Below, piece after piece: positions 45,215 through 52,279 of a stretch of DNA of 52,279 nt. The position numbers were made by a program, and so were the translations under genes. This DNA comes from Actinomycetota bacterium (GTDB lineage Bacteria > Actinomycetota > Acidimicrobiia > Acidimicrobiales > WLNW01). Position 1 is the first letter of the stretch, and each line of letters starts with the position of its first letter. Where the stretch lies: positions 1 through 52,279 of the forward strand of contig WLNW01000002.1 of the NCBI GenBank assembly GCA_009699605.1, read 5' to 3'. The notes beneath the pieces are model-generated. The model did no database searches. It had not been told where the DNA came from and saw nothing but the letters and a program-made list of their open reading frames with translations.

Positions 45215-45892
45215 TCAGCCCATCCGATATCCGACACCCCATACGGTGTCGAGGGACAAAAGATCGCCGAACTTCTTACGGAGCTGGCGTACGTGCACAT
45301 CGACGGTGCGATCGTCGCCGATCCAATCGGCCCCCCACACACCGTCGAGCAGTTGACGGCGCGACAGCGCGAGTCCTTGGTGCTCGGCGAGGTACTGCAA
45401 CAGGTCGAACTCGCGCGTGGCCAGCGCGACCGGCACGCCGTTAAGCCGCGCCTCGCGGCGGCCGGTGTCGACCTCGACTGCGCCCATGGTGTGCACGGCG
45501 GCTCCGGTGGGTTTCGGGCCTTCCGCTCGGCGAAGGATGGCCCGCACCCGGGCGACGAGTTCGCGCGGGGAGAACGGCTTCGTCACGTAGTCGTCGGCGC
45601 CCATCTCGAGGCCGAGCACGCGATCGACCTCGTCGTCGCGGGCGGTGAGCATGATGATGGGCACGTCGCTTGTAGCGCGGACCTGGCGGCACACCTCGAG
45701 GCCGTCTACGCGGCCCGGTAACCCAAGATCGAGGATCAAGAGCTTGGGTTGACGGTCGCGGATGGTCTTGAGCGCGGTTTCGCCGTCGGGCGCCTGGTGC
45801 ACCCGGTAGCCGTCACGGCGCAGGTACAGCTCGACGAGGTCCGCGATGTTGGGGTCGTCCTCGACGACCACGATCACGGTTTCGGTACCCAT
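45215..45892 (-). CDS. OmpR-family response regulator
   Basis: The receiver domain VVEDD...LILDLGLPG...MLTA..D...GADDY.TKPF, and a winged-helix C-terminus VDVHVRQLRKK...VWGVGY. AGGAGG Shine-Dalgarno sequence before ATG 45892. Confidence 0.9.
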   Translation of the reverse strand: MGTETVIVVVEDDPNIADLVELYLRRDGYRVHQAPDGETALKTIRDRQPKLLILDLGLPGRVDGLEVCRQVRATSDVPIIMLTARDDEVDRVLGLEMGADDYVTKPFSPRELVARVRAILRRAEGPKPTGAAVHTMGAVEVDTGRREARLNGVPVALATREFDLLQYLAEHQGLALSRRQLLDGVWGADWIGDDRTVDVHVRQLRKKFGDLLSLDTVWGVGYRMG

Positions 45893-45960
45893 CGGTCCTC
45901 CTGGCTCGGCAACCCAATAGTCGCAGGTCATATCGCTCCTCGGCAGCAAACCCGGAAGAT

Positions 45961-46626
45961 GTGATGAAGGTGTTAGAGGAAGGTGTGGGAGGACGAACCT
46001 ACGATTCGGGGGTGGCACAGGGCGACAGAGCAGGTTCGGACCCCTACCGCACCCTCGGCGTCCCGCCCACGGCCAGCGCGGCCGAGATTCGTCGGGCCTT
46101 CCTCGCCAAGGCCCGCCGATATCACCCGGATCACCACCTGGCGTCGACTCCTGGTGTGCAGGCCGACAACGAGCGGGCGATGCGCGAGGCGAACGCGGCG
46201 TGGGCGGTTCTCGGCGACGTAGCGGCACGACGGCGCTATGACGATGCGCGGACCGAGACGGCCGCGGCCGACACACCACGCGGTGCGGCACGCGACGCTG
46301 CGGGGAGGGATGCGCGCGAGGCCCGCTGGGCGGCGGAGGACGCGGCAAAAGCCCAGTGGCGACCGTTCCGCGAGGATCCGGACGAGGTCGATGAGCGCCT
46401 CTGCCAGGACGAACGATCGGCGCATCCGGCGGGCCGCCCGCTCACGTTCAGGTTGACCGTGCGCCTCGTGCTGGGCTTAGGTGTCGGCTTCTTCGTTGGC
46501 GGAGCGCTCAGCGGTGTCGCGACGCTGGCCGGCGCGGGCATCGTGATGTTCGTCGTCGGCGGTGCCATGTTTGTCGTCATGCCGCTGCTGGCGCTCGGCA
46601 AGAGCGTGCGCAACGACCGGCGATAG
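45961..46626 (+). CDS. J-domain protein with C-terminal transmembrane segments
   Basis: DPYRTLGVPPTASAAEIRRAFLAKARRYHPDHH is a J-domain with HPD. Two hydrophobic helices lie at the C-terminus. Confidence 0.75.
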   Translation: MMKVLEEGVGGRTYDSGVAQGDRAGSDPYRTLGVPPTASAAEIRRAFLAKARRYHPDHHLASTPGVQADNERAMREANAAWAVLGDVAARRRYDDARTETAAADTPRGAARDAAGRDAREARWAAEDAAKAQWRPFREDPDEVDERLCQDERSAHPAGRPLTFRLTVRLVLGLGVGFFVGGALSGVATLAGAGIVMFVVGGAMFVVMPLLALGKSVRNDRR

Positions 46627-46634
46627 CGTTGCCG

Positions 46635-47429
46635 ATGATGCCCACCTACCTCGACCGCATCCTCGACACGCACCGAGCGCGCGCGGCAGATGACCAGCGT
46701 TCGCTGGGCTCGCTCGTCGAAGCCGCGCAGGAAATGCCACCGGCACGCGGGTTTCGGGCCGCGCTGGTCGATGCGTCGACGCTCGATGGCATCGCGGTAA
46801 TCGCCGAGGTCAAGCGCCGGTCGCCGTCGAAAGGCGCGTTGGCCGTCAACCTCGACCCGGCCGTGCTCGGCGCGGCGTATGCCGCGGGTGGCGCGGCGTG
46901 CTTGTCCGCGCTTACCGACGTCGAGTTCTTCGGTGGCTCCGCGGCCGATCTTGCGGCGGCGCGAGCCGCGAGCGGTCGGCCGGTGCTGCGCAAGGACTTC
47001 ACGGTGTCCGCGAACGACGTGTGTGATGCACGACTGATGGGCGCCGATTGCGTGCTGCTCATCGCGGCAGCGCTCGACGACACCGAGCTGGAGGCGTTCC
47101 ATTCGCTTGCTCGCACGGTCGGTCTCGACGCGCTGGTCGAGGTGCACGACGAAGCCGAGCTGGCACGGGCGATCGCGGTCGGTGCCGACCTCGTCGGCGT
47201 CAACCAACGCGACCTGATCACCTTCCAGGTCGACCAGCAGCGGGCAGTGCGTATGGCCCCACGCATGCCGAGCGGCGTCGTTCGGGTCGCCGAGTCGGGC
47301 ATACGCGGTCCCGCCGACGCCCGGGTGCTCGCGGCCGCCGGTTATCACGCGCTGCTCGTGGGCGAGTCACTGGTCAAAGCAGCCGATCCGGCGGCGGCCG
47401 TCGCCGACCTGCGCGCCGCAGGCCGATAG
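46635..47429 (+). CDS. trpC: Indole-3-glycerol phosphate synthase
   Basis: IAEVKRRSPSKG, LRKDF, ALVEVH and GVNQRDL. The start is ATG 46635 (alternative TTG 46629). Confidence 0.95.
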   Translation: MMPTYLDRILDTHRARAADDQRSLGSLVEAAQEMPPARGFRAALVDASTLDGIAVIAEVKRRSPSKGALAVNLDPAVLGAAYAAGGAACLSALTDVEFFGGSAADLAAARAASGRPVLRKDFTVSANDVCDARLMGADCVLLIAAALDDTELEAFHSLARTVGLDALVEVHDEAELARAIAVGADLVGVNQRDLITFQVDQQRAVRMAPRMPSGVVRVAESGIRGPADARVLAAAGYHALLVGESLVKAADPAAAVADLRAAGR

Positions 47430-47439
47430 CGTCGTCACC

Positions 47440-48099
47440 ATGTTCGTCAAGATCTGTGGCATCACGAACGAGGAAGATGCGCTGCTCGCCACGGCCCTCG
47501 GTGCCGATGCCGTCGGCTTCGTGTTCGCGCCGTCGTCGCGTCAGATCCAACCGGTGCAGGCCTACGACATCGTCCGGCGTCTGCCGCCCGACGTGCTCAC
47601 CGTGGGTGTGTTCCGCGACCACGCACCGCAGCGTGTCGTGGACATCATGCTCCAGGTCGGTCTCAAGGCCGCGCAGTTGCACGGCCACGAGTCCGTCGAG
47701 GACGTGCGCTTTGTCCGAGCCCGAGTTCCGCTTGTCATCAAGGCGTTCGCTGCGGGATCGTCGGCGCTCGAAGGGGTCGATCGTTATCCTGTCGACGCCG
47801 TGCTCGTCGACTCGGCCACGCCGGGCTCGGGCGAGGTCTTCGACTGGGCGCTGGCCGAGGGTGCGCCACTCGGCCGGCCGGTCATCCTGGCCGGTGGGCT
47901 GACGCCCGAAAATGTGGGCGCGGCGATCGCTCGCGTGAAACCGTGGGGCGTCGACGTTTCGAGCGGTGTCGAGAGCAGCCCCGGACGCAAGGACGCGCGC
48001 AAGGTGCGGGCCTTCATCGAGGCAGCGCGCGCCGCAGCGCCCACCGCCTACGAGAGCGACGAGCTCACCCCCTACGACTGGCAGGAGGACGACATCTGA
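47440..48099 (+). CDS. trpF: Phosphoribosylanthranilate isomerase
   Basis: [30 protein letters not shown] and GVDVSSGVE. Confidence 0.9.
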   Translation: MFVKICGITNEEDALLATALGADAVGFVFAPSSRQIQPVQAYDIVRRLPPDVLTVGVFRDHAPQRVVDIMLQVGLKAAQLHGHESVEDVRFVRARVPLVIKAFAAGSSALEGVDRYPVDAVLVDSATPGSGEVFDWALAEGAPLGRPVILAGGLTPENVGAAIARVKPWGVDVSSGVESSPGRKDARKVRAFIEAARAAAPTAYESDELTPYDWQEDDI

Positions 48100-49286
48100 T
48101 GTCGATCATGTCCGAACCAAGTGCGAGCGGCCGTTTCGGTTCTTTCGGCGGTCGCTATGTGCCCGAGACCTTGGTCCCGGCGTGCGAGGAGCTCGAGGCG
48201 GCTTTTCGCGAGGCCTGGGCCGAACCCGCGTTCCGGGCTGAGCTCGATGGGCTGCTCCGCGACTACGCCGGTCGACCGTCCCCGGTCACCGAGGCCAAGC
48301 GCCTCTCCGAGCAGCTCGGCTGTCGGGTCCTGCTCAAGCGCGAAGACCTGAACCACACCGGTTCGCACAAGATCAACAATGTGCTCGGGCAGGCTCTGCT
48401 CGCTCGACGCATGGGCAAGACGCGGCTGCTCGCCGAGACTGGCGCCGGTCAGCACGGTGTGGCCACAGCTACCGCTGCCGCGCTCTTCGGCATGGAGTGC
48501 GTGGTGTACATGGGCGAGGTCGATATGGATCGCCAGTCGCTCAACGTGTTCCGCATGCGCCTTCTCGGCGCCGAGGTGCGCCCTGCGCTGAGTGGCAGTC
48601 GCACGTTGAAAGATGCAGTCAACGAGGCGATGCGTGACTGGGTGGGCACGGTCGAGAACTCCCACTATTGCCTCGGCTCGGCGCTCGGGCCACATCCGTA
48701 TCCATGGATGGTGCGTGAGTTCCACCGGGTCATCGGCGAGGAATCGCGCGCACAGTGCGCGTTGTTGCTTGATGGTGGCACCCCTGACGTGATCGCCGCG
48801 TGCGTCGGCGGCGGCTCGAATGCGATCGGCATCTTCTCCGGCTTCGCCGACACCGATGCCGAGCTCGTCGGCGTTCAGCCCGCGGGCGGTGCCTCGATCG
48901 GCCACGGCTCTCCGGGCATCGTGCACGGCATGGTGTCCTACCTGCTCCAGGACGAATGGGGTCAGGTCGAAGAGGCGCTTTCGATCAGTGCTGGGCTCGA
49001 CTACCCGGGTGTGGGTCCCGAGCACTCGCACCTTGAAGAGATCGGTCGCGCTCGCTATGAGACGGTCACAGATGCCGAGGTCGTCGACGCCTTCCTGTTG
49101 CTGTCGCGCACCGAGGGCATCATTCCGGCGCTCGAGCCGGCGCACGCGATCGCGTGGATGTCGCGCGAGCGGGCCTCGCTCGAGGGCCAAACCGTTCTTG
49201 TGTGCCTGTCGGGTCGGGGGGACAAGGACGTCGCACAGATGATGGACGTGCTCGGCGCCGACGTGTCCACCGGTCGTGGCAGATGA
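48099..49286 (+). CDS. trpB: Tryptophan synthase beta chain
   Basis: [12 protein letters not shown], the PLP-lysine motif [19 protein letters not shown] and GGGSNAIG. It overlaps the trpF stop by 1 nt. Confidence 0.95.
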   Translation: MSIMSEPSASGRFGSFGGRYVPETLVPACEELEAAFREAWAEPAFRAELDGLLRDYAGRPSPVTEAKRLSEQLGCRVLLKREDLNHTGSHKINNVLGQALLARRMGKTRLLAETGAGQHGVATATAAALFGMECVVYMGEVDMDRQSLNVFRMRLLGAEVRPALSGSRTLKDAVNEAMRDWVGTVENSHYCLGSALGPHPYPWMVREFHRVIGEESRAQCALLLDGGTPDVIAACVGGGSNAIGIFSGFADTDAELVGVQPAGGASIGHGSPGIVHGMVSYLLQDEWGQVEEALSISAGLDYPGVGPEHSHLEEIGRARYETVTDAEVVDAFLLLSRTEGIIPALEPAHAIAWMSRERASLEGQTVLVCLSGRGDKDVAQMMDVLGADVSTGRGR

Positions 49287-50122
49287 GCGCGACCACCGTT
49301 ACTGCCACCGCCACTCCCGTGCCACCGGCCCCGCTTGCGATCGGTCCGTTCGAGGCCCGGCTGCGGGCCGCGCGCGCCGAGGGTCGCAAGTTGCTGGTGC
49401 CGTACGTCACCGGTGGTCTTGGTGCCGACTGGTGCGAGATCGTGCGCGCGGCGGCCGCCGCGGGCGCTGATGCGATCGAGATCGGCATCCCATTCAGCGA
49501 CCCGGTGATGGACGGCCCCACCATCCAGCAGGCGAGCGACCGCGCGTTGCGCAGCGGTGCCACGCCACAGTCGGTGCTCGACTCGTTGCGCACCATCGAT
49601 GCCGGGGTTCCGCTCGCCGTGATGACCTACGCGAATATCGCGTTCCACGCGGGCTGGGAGCGCTTCGCCTCACAGTTGCACGACGCGAACGTCGCCGCAG
49701 CGATCCTCCCCGATCTGCCCCTCGACGAAGCCGGAGACTGGTGTGTCGCCGCCGACGAGCACAGCGTTGAGACGGTGTTGCTGGCCGCGCCGACTGCGCC
49801 CGACGAACGGCTGCCGCGCATCTGCGAGCGGTCACGCGGCTTCGTCTATGCCGTGGGCCTGCTCGGCGTCACCGGTGCGCGCGAGTCACTCGCGGCGTCG
49901 GCCCTGGTGATCGCTCGCCGCCTCAAGCTGGTGACAGACAAGCCGCTGCTCGTCGGCGTGGGCATCGGTTCGCCCGCGCAGGCCGTCGAGGTGTGTGCCA
50001 GTGCCGACGGCGTGGTGATTGGGTCGGTGGTCGTACAACGCATGCTCGAGGGCGGTGGCCCGGAAGGTGTCGCGGCGCTGGTGCGCGAGTACCGCACCGC
50101 ACTCGACTCGCACGAGTGGTGA
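49283..50122 (+). CDS. trpA: Tryptophan synthase alpha chain
   Basis: [25 protein letters not shown] and GFVYAV...GVTG. ATGA overlap with trpB. Confidence 0.95.
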   Translation: MSATTVTATATPVPPAPLAIGPFEARLRAARAEGRKLLVPYVTGGLGADWCEIVRAAAAAGADAIEIGIPFSDPVMDGPTIQQASDRALRSGATPQSVLDSLRTIDAGVPLAVMTYANIAFHAGWERFASQLHDANVAAAILPDLPLDEAGDWCVAADEHSVETVLLAAPTAPDERLPRICERSRGFVYAVGLLGVTGARESLAASALVIARRLKLVTDKPLLVGVGIGSPAQAVEVCASADGVVIGSVVVQRMLEGGGPEGVAALVREYRTALDSHEW

Positions 50123-50529
50123 TGAGCGACACCGGTGCGCCCCGCGAGGACGCTCGTCCCTTGTTGGTGTACGAGTACGTGGGCGGTGACCCGTTCTTCG
50201 TAGCGTTGGTCGAGCACTTCTACGAAGGCGTCGAGCGCGATGCCGTGATGCGGCCGATGTACCCCGTCGACCTCACCGGTTCGAAGGCCCGCCTCGCTGG
50301 CTTTCTCATCCAGTATTGGGGTGGCCCGCAGACCTACAGCGAGCAGCGTGGCCACCCGCGGCTACGCATGAGGCACAACCCGTTTGTGATCGGCGCGGCC
50401 GAAGCAGCAGCGTGGTATCACCACATGGAGGCCGCGCTCGGTGCGATGAACGCCGACGATGTGGTGCGCCCAGTGTTCCTCGAGTACTTCGCACGCGCGG
50501 CCGAGGCGATGATAAACGTCGCACCTTAG
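50122..50529 (+). CDS. glbO: Group II truncated hemoglobin (trHbO-like)
   Basis: YWGGPQTYSEQRGHPRLRMRHNPFVIG closely follows the GlbO signature. It overlaps the trpA stop by 1 nt (TGATG). Confidence 0.85.
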   Translation: MSDTGAPREDARPLLVYEYVGGDPFFVALVEHFYEGVERDAVMRPMYPVDLTGSKARLAGFLIQYWGGPQTYSEQRGHPRLRMRHNPFVIGAAEAAAWYHHMEAALGAMNADDVVRPVFLEYFARAAEAMINVAP

Positions 50530-50651
50530 TGGGGACGCAGCCTTGATGCTGGGACCCGGGAGGATGCTTGACTTGGGCCGCGATCTCGACTGGCCTTGGG
50601 TGACACGGCGGGCCGAGGTGGCCCTTTGCCGTCCGACAGGAGATCGCCCAG

Positions 50652-50927
50652 ATGAACAAGACTGAACTCGTCGCGGAACTCGCTCGCCGAACGGAGCTCA
50701 CGCAAAAGGATGCGGGTGCTGCGCTCGATTCGCTGCTCGACATCGTGGCCGAGGGTTTGGCCAAGGGTGACAAGCTCACGATTCCCGGGTATCTCACCGT
50801 CGATCGGGTCGCCCGCAAGGCGCGCACCGCACGCAACCCGCAGACCGGTGCACCCATCGAGATTGCCGCGACCAACGCGGTCAAGCTGAGCGCGGGATCC
50901 AAGCTGAAGGCCGCGGCGAAGGGCTGA
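50652..50927 (+). CDS. hup: HU-family nucleoid-associated DNA-binding protein
   Basis: MNKTELV....T.L..KDA..A.D and the arm motif RTARNPQTGAPIEI. AGGAG Shine-Dalgarno sequence upstream. Confidence 0.95.
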   Translation: MNKTELVAELARRTELTQKDAGAALDSLLDIVAEGLAKGDKLTIPGYLTVDRVARKARTARNPQTGAPIEIAATNAVKLSAGSKLKAAAKG

Positions 50928-50943
50928 ACCGTACGTCGTTGTG

Positions 50944-50978
50944 CCTCGGTCATCGGCCCATTCGGCCGCCGACCGAGG
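50944..50978 (+). terminator. Strong hairpin downstream of hup (possible U-tract-less intrinsic terminator)
   Basis: CCTCGGTC AT CGGCC CATTC GGCCG CC GACCGAGG forms 8 bp plus 5 bp of stem around a 2x2 internal loop. No T-tract follows. Confidence 0.45.
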
Positions 50979-50995
50979 CGCTAGCGTCGTGGCCC

Positions 50996-51463
50996 ATGGC
51001 AACACCCATTTCGCTTACCGTGGGCAAGAAGGCCCCGGCCATCTCCTTGCTCGACCAGACCGGCAGCACCCACACGCTCGCCTCCCACGAGGGTCACAAG
51101 GTGCTGGTGTACTTCTACCCGAAGGCCGACACGCCCGGGTGCACGCAACAGTCGTGCCTGCTGCGCGACCTTGCTGGTCAGATCGGCGACACCACGATCA
51201 TCGGCATCTCGCCCGACAAGCCCGAGAAGCAGGCCAAGTTCGACCAGAAGTACTCGCTCGGGTTCCCGCTGCTGGCCGACACGGAGCACGCCGTTGCCGA
51301 GGCCTACGGCGTCTGGGCCGAGAAGAAGAACTATGGCAAGACGTACATGGGCATCGTCCGCTCGGCGTTCCTGGTCGATGAGACGGGTCGGCTCGAGCAG
51401 GTCTGGTACAAGATCAGCCCCAAGGACACCCCGGCCAAGCTGCTCGAGGCGCTCGGCGCGTGA
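50996..51463 (+). CDS. bcp: Thiol peroxidase / peroxiredoxin Bcp
   Basis: VLVYFYPKADTPGCTQQSC is the Bcp peroxidatic-Cys motif. AEAYGVW is also present. Confidence 0.9.
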   Translation: MATPISLTVGKKAPAISLLDQTGSTHTLASHEGHKVLVYFYPKADTPGCTQQSCLLRDLAGQIGDTTIIGISPDKPEKQAKFDQKYSLGFPLLADTEHAVAEAYGVWAEKKNYGKTYMGIVRSAFLVDETGRLEQVWYKISPKDTPAKLLEALGA

Positions 51464-51909
51464 GCGAGACCCCACGTGATCCGGCCGCGCTTCCTGCGCC
51501 GTCCGAGATCCTGCCGCACCGAGCCCCGTTCCTGTTCATCGATACGCTGCTCTCGCTCGACCCTGGGGTGTCGGCCCGCGGTACGTGGCATCTCACCGGC
51601 GACGAGTGGTTCTTCGCCGGGCACTTCCCCGGTCGGCCGACGCTGCCCGGTGTGCTCATGTGCGAGGCCATTGCCCAGATCGGCGCGGTGGCCACCCTCG
51701 CCGACCGACGCTTCGTGGGCAAGCTCGCGCTGTTCGGCGGGCTCGATGGGGCGCGCTTTCGCCGTCAGGTCGGTCCAGGTGACGCGTTGGTGCTCGAAGC
51801 CGAGATCGGTCGGATGTCTGCGCGCGCCGGCAAGGGAAAAGGGCGCGCCTTGCTGAACGGTCAGGTGGCCTGTGAGTGCGAGCTCCTTTTTGTCATCGCT
51901 GACGCCTGA
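51460..51909 (+). CDS. fabZ: 3-hydroxyacyl-ACP dehydratase
   Basis: LPHRAPFLFID, FFAGHFPGRP.LPGVL..EA.AQ. GTGA overlap with bcp. Confidence 0.9.
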   Translation: MSETPRDPAALPAPSEILPHRAPFLFIDTLLSLDPGVSARGTWHLTGDEWFFAGHFPGRPTLPGVLMCEAIAQIGAVATLADRRFVGKLALFGGLDGARFRRQVGPGDALVLEAEIGRMSARAGKGKGRALLNGQVACECELLFVIADA

Positions 51910-52022
51910 GCGCTCGGAGGCGCTCCGCGGTCCGCGCGGCGGGCGTCGCGTTGACGGCTCGGTCACGCAGTAGGTCGCGTGCCTCGACGATCTCGCACCG
52001 CGCCGATGGCTTGGGACGGGCG

Positions 52023-52279
52023 TCAGGCCGGGCGAAGCACCACAGTGCCGTTGTGGCCACCGAAGCCGAACGAGTTCGAGATGGACACACCGGGTTCCCA
52101 TGGCCGTGCCTGTCCGAGCACCAGGTCGAGCGGCGCCATGTCGGGGTCGTCGTTGACGTGGCCGTCGGTGGGCGGGATCAGCTTGTGCTTCATCGACAAC
52201 ACGACGGCGATCGCTTCGATCGCGCCGGCGGCGCCGAGCGCGTGGCCCGTGACGCCCTTGGTGGAGGTGACGATGGGGC
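52023..52279 (-). CDS. fabF: Beta-ketoacyl-ACP synthase II (3' end only; continues beyond the window)
   Basis: A manual reverse-strand translation gives ...TSTKGVTGHALGAAGAIEAIAVVLSMKHKLIPPT...NSFGFGGHNGTVVLRPA*, the KAS C-terminal signature. It is absent from the ORF track because no start codon lies in the window. Confidence 0.85.
   Translation of the reverse strand, partial: PIVTSTKGVTGHALGAAGAIEAIAVVLSMKHKLIPPTDGHVNDDPDMAPLDLVLGQARPWEPGVSISNSFGFGGHNGTVVLRPA

Noticed and set aside
50560-50651. Possible sigma-70 promoter (TTGACT at about 50567) upstream of hup
   Set aside because: There is no acceptable -10 hexamer at 16-19 nt spacing, so a call from sequence alone is not supportable.
51331-52101. 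256-aa minus-strand ORF covering fabZ and the fabZ-fabF spacer
   Set aside because: It is antisense to a clear fabZ gene and has no motifs. The real minus-strand gene here is the partial fabF, which starts its stop at 52023.

Overview
This is a densely packed, visibly high-G+C chromosomal segment from an actinobacterium. The lineage call is an inference from gene content: mycothiol synthase mshD, proteasome activator Bpa, menaquinone genes, and dksA-like/lspA/rluD/dnaE synteny. It is mostly core metabolism. In order, the window holds: a 5'-partial DksA/TraR-like gene with a perfect 15-bp coding tandem repeat, lspA, rluD, an Rrf2 regulator, an alkaline-phosphatase-family gene, bpa, an intein-containing dnaE, an accessory redox/catabolic cluster (about 9.7-19.8 kb), a DMT transporter, a DUF255 thioredoxin-domain protein, an acyl-CoA desaturase, a menaquinone cluster (menE, menA, coaA, menH, menD, menF, menG), rlmN, mshD, nth, hisDCBHAF, a hydrolase, a GroES-like gene, hisI-trpE, ygfZ, a two-component system, a J-domain membrane protein, trpCFBA, glbO, hup, bcp, fabZ and a 3'-partial fabF. 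Many adjacent genes overlap by 1 or 4 nt (ATGA, GTGA, TGATG), which suggests translational coupling. The most interesting signals are four. (1) The ORF track splits a gene at an in-frame TGA that sits in a U-G-S-C motif, with a perfect hairpin starting 11 nt downstream; I read this as a candidate selenoprotein with a SECIS element. It lies next to an uncharacterised 347-aa protein inside the redox cluster. (2) A 408-aa LAGLIDADG intein interrupts DnaE at the LRRA-M-GKK site. (3) A GroES-fold protein ends in G-L-Y-L, resembling the GxYL proteasome-docking tail of the Bpa homolog (G-T-Y-L) in the same window. (4) A decayed YbaK-like fragment lies between bpa and dnaE. The long antisense ORFs in the track are high-G+C artefacts.
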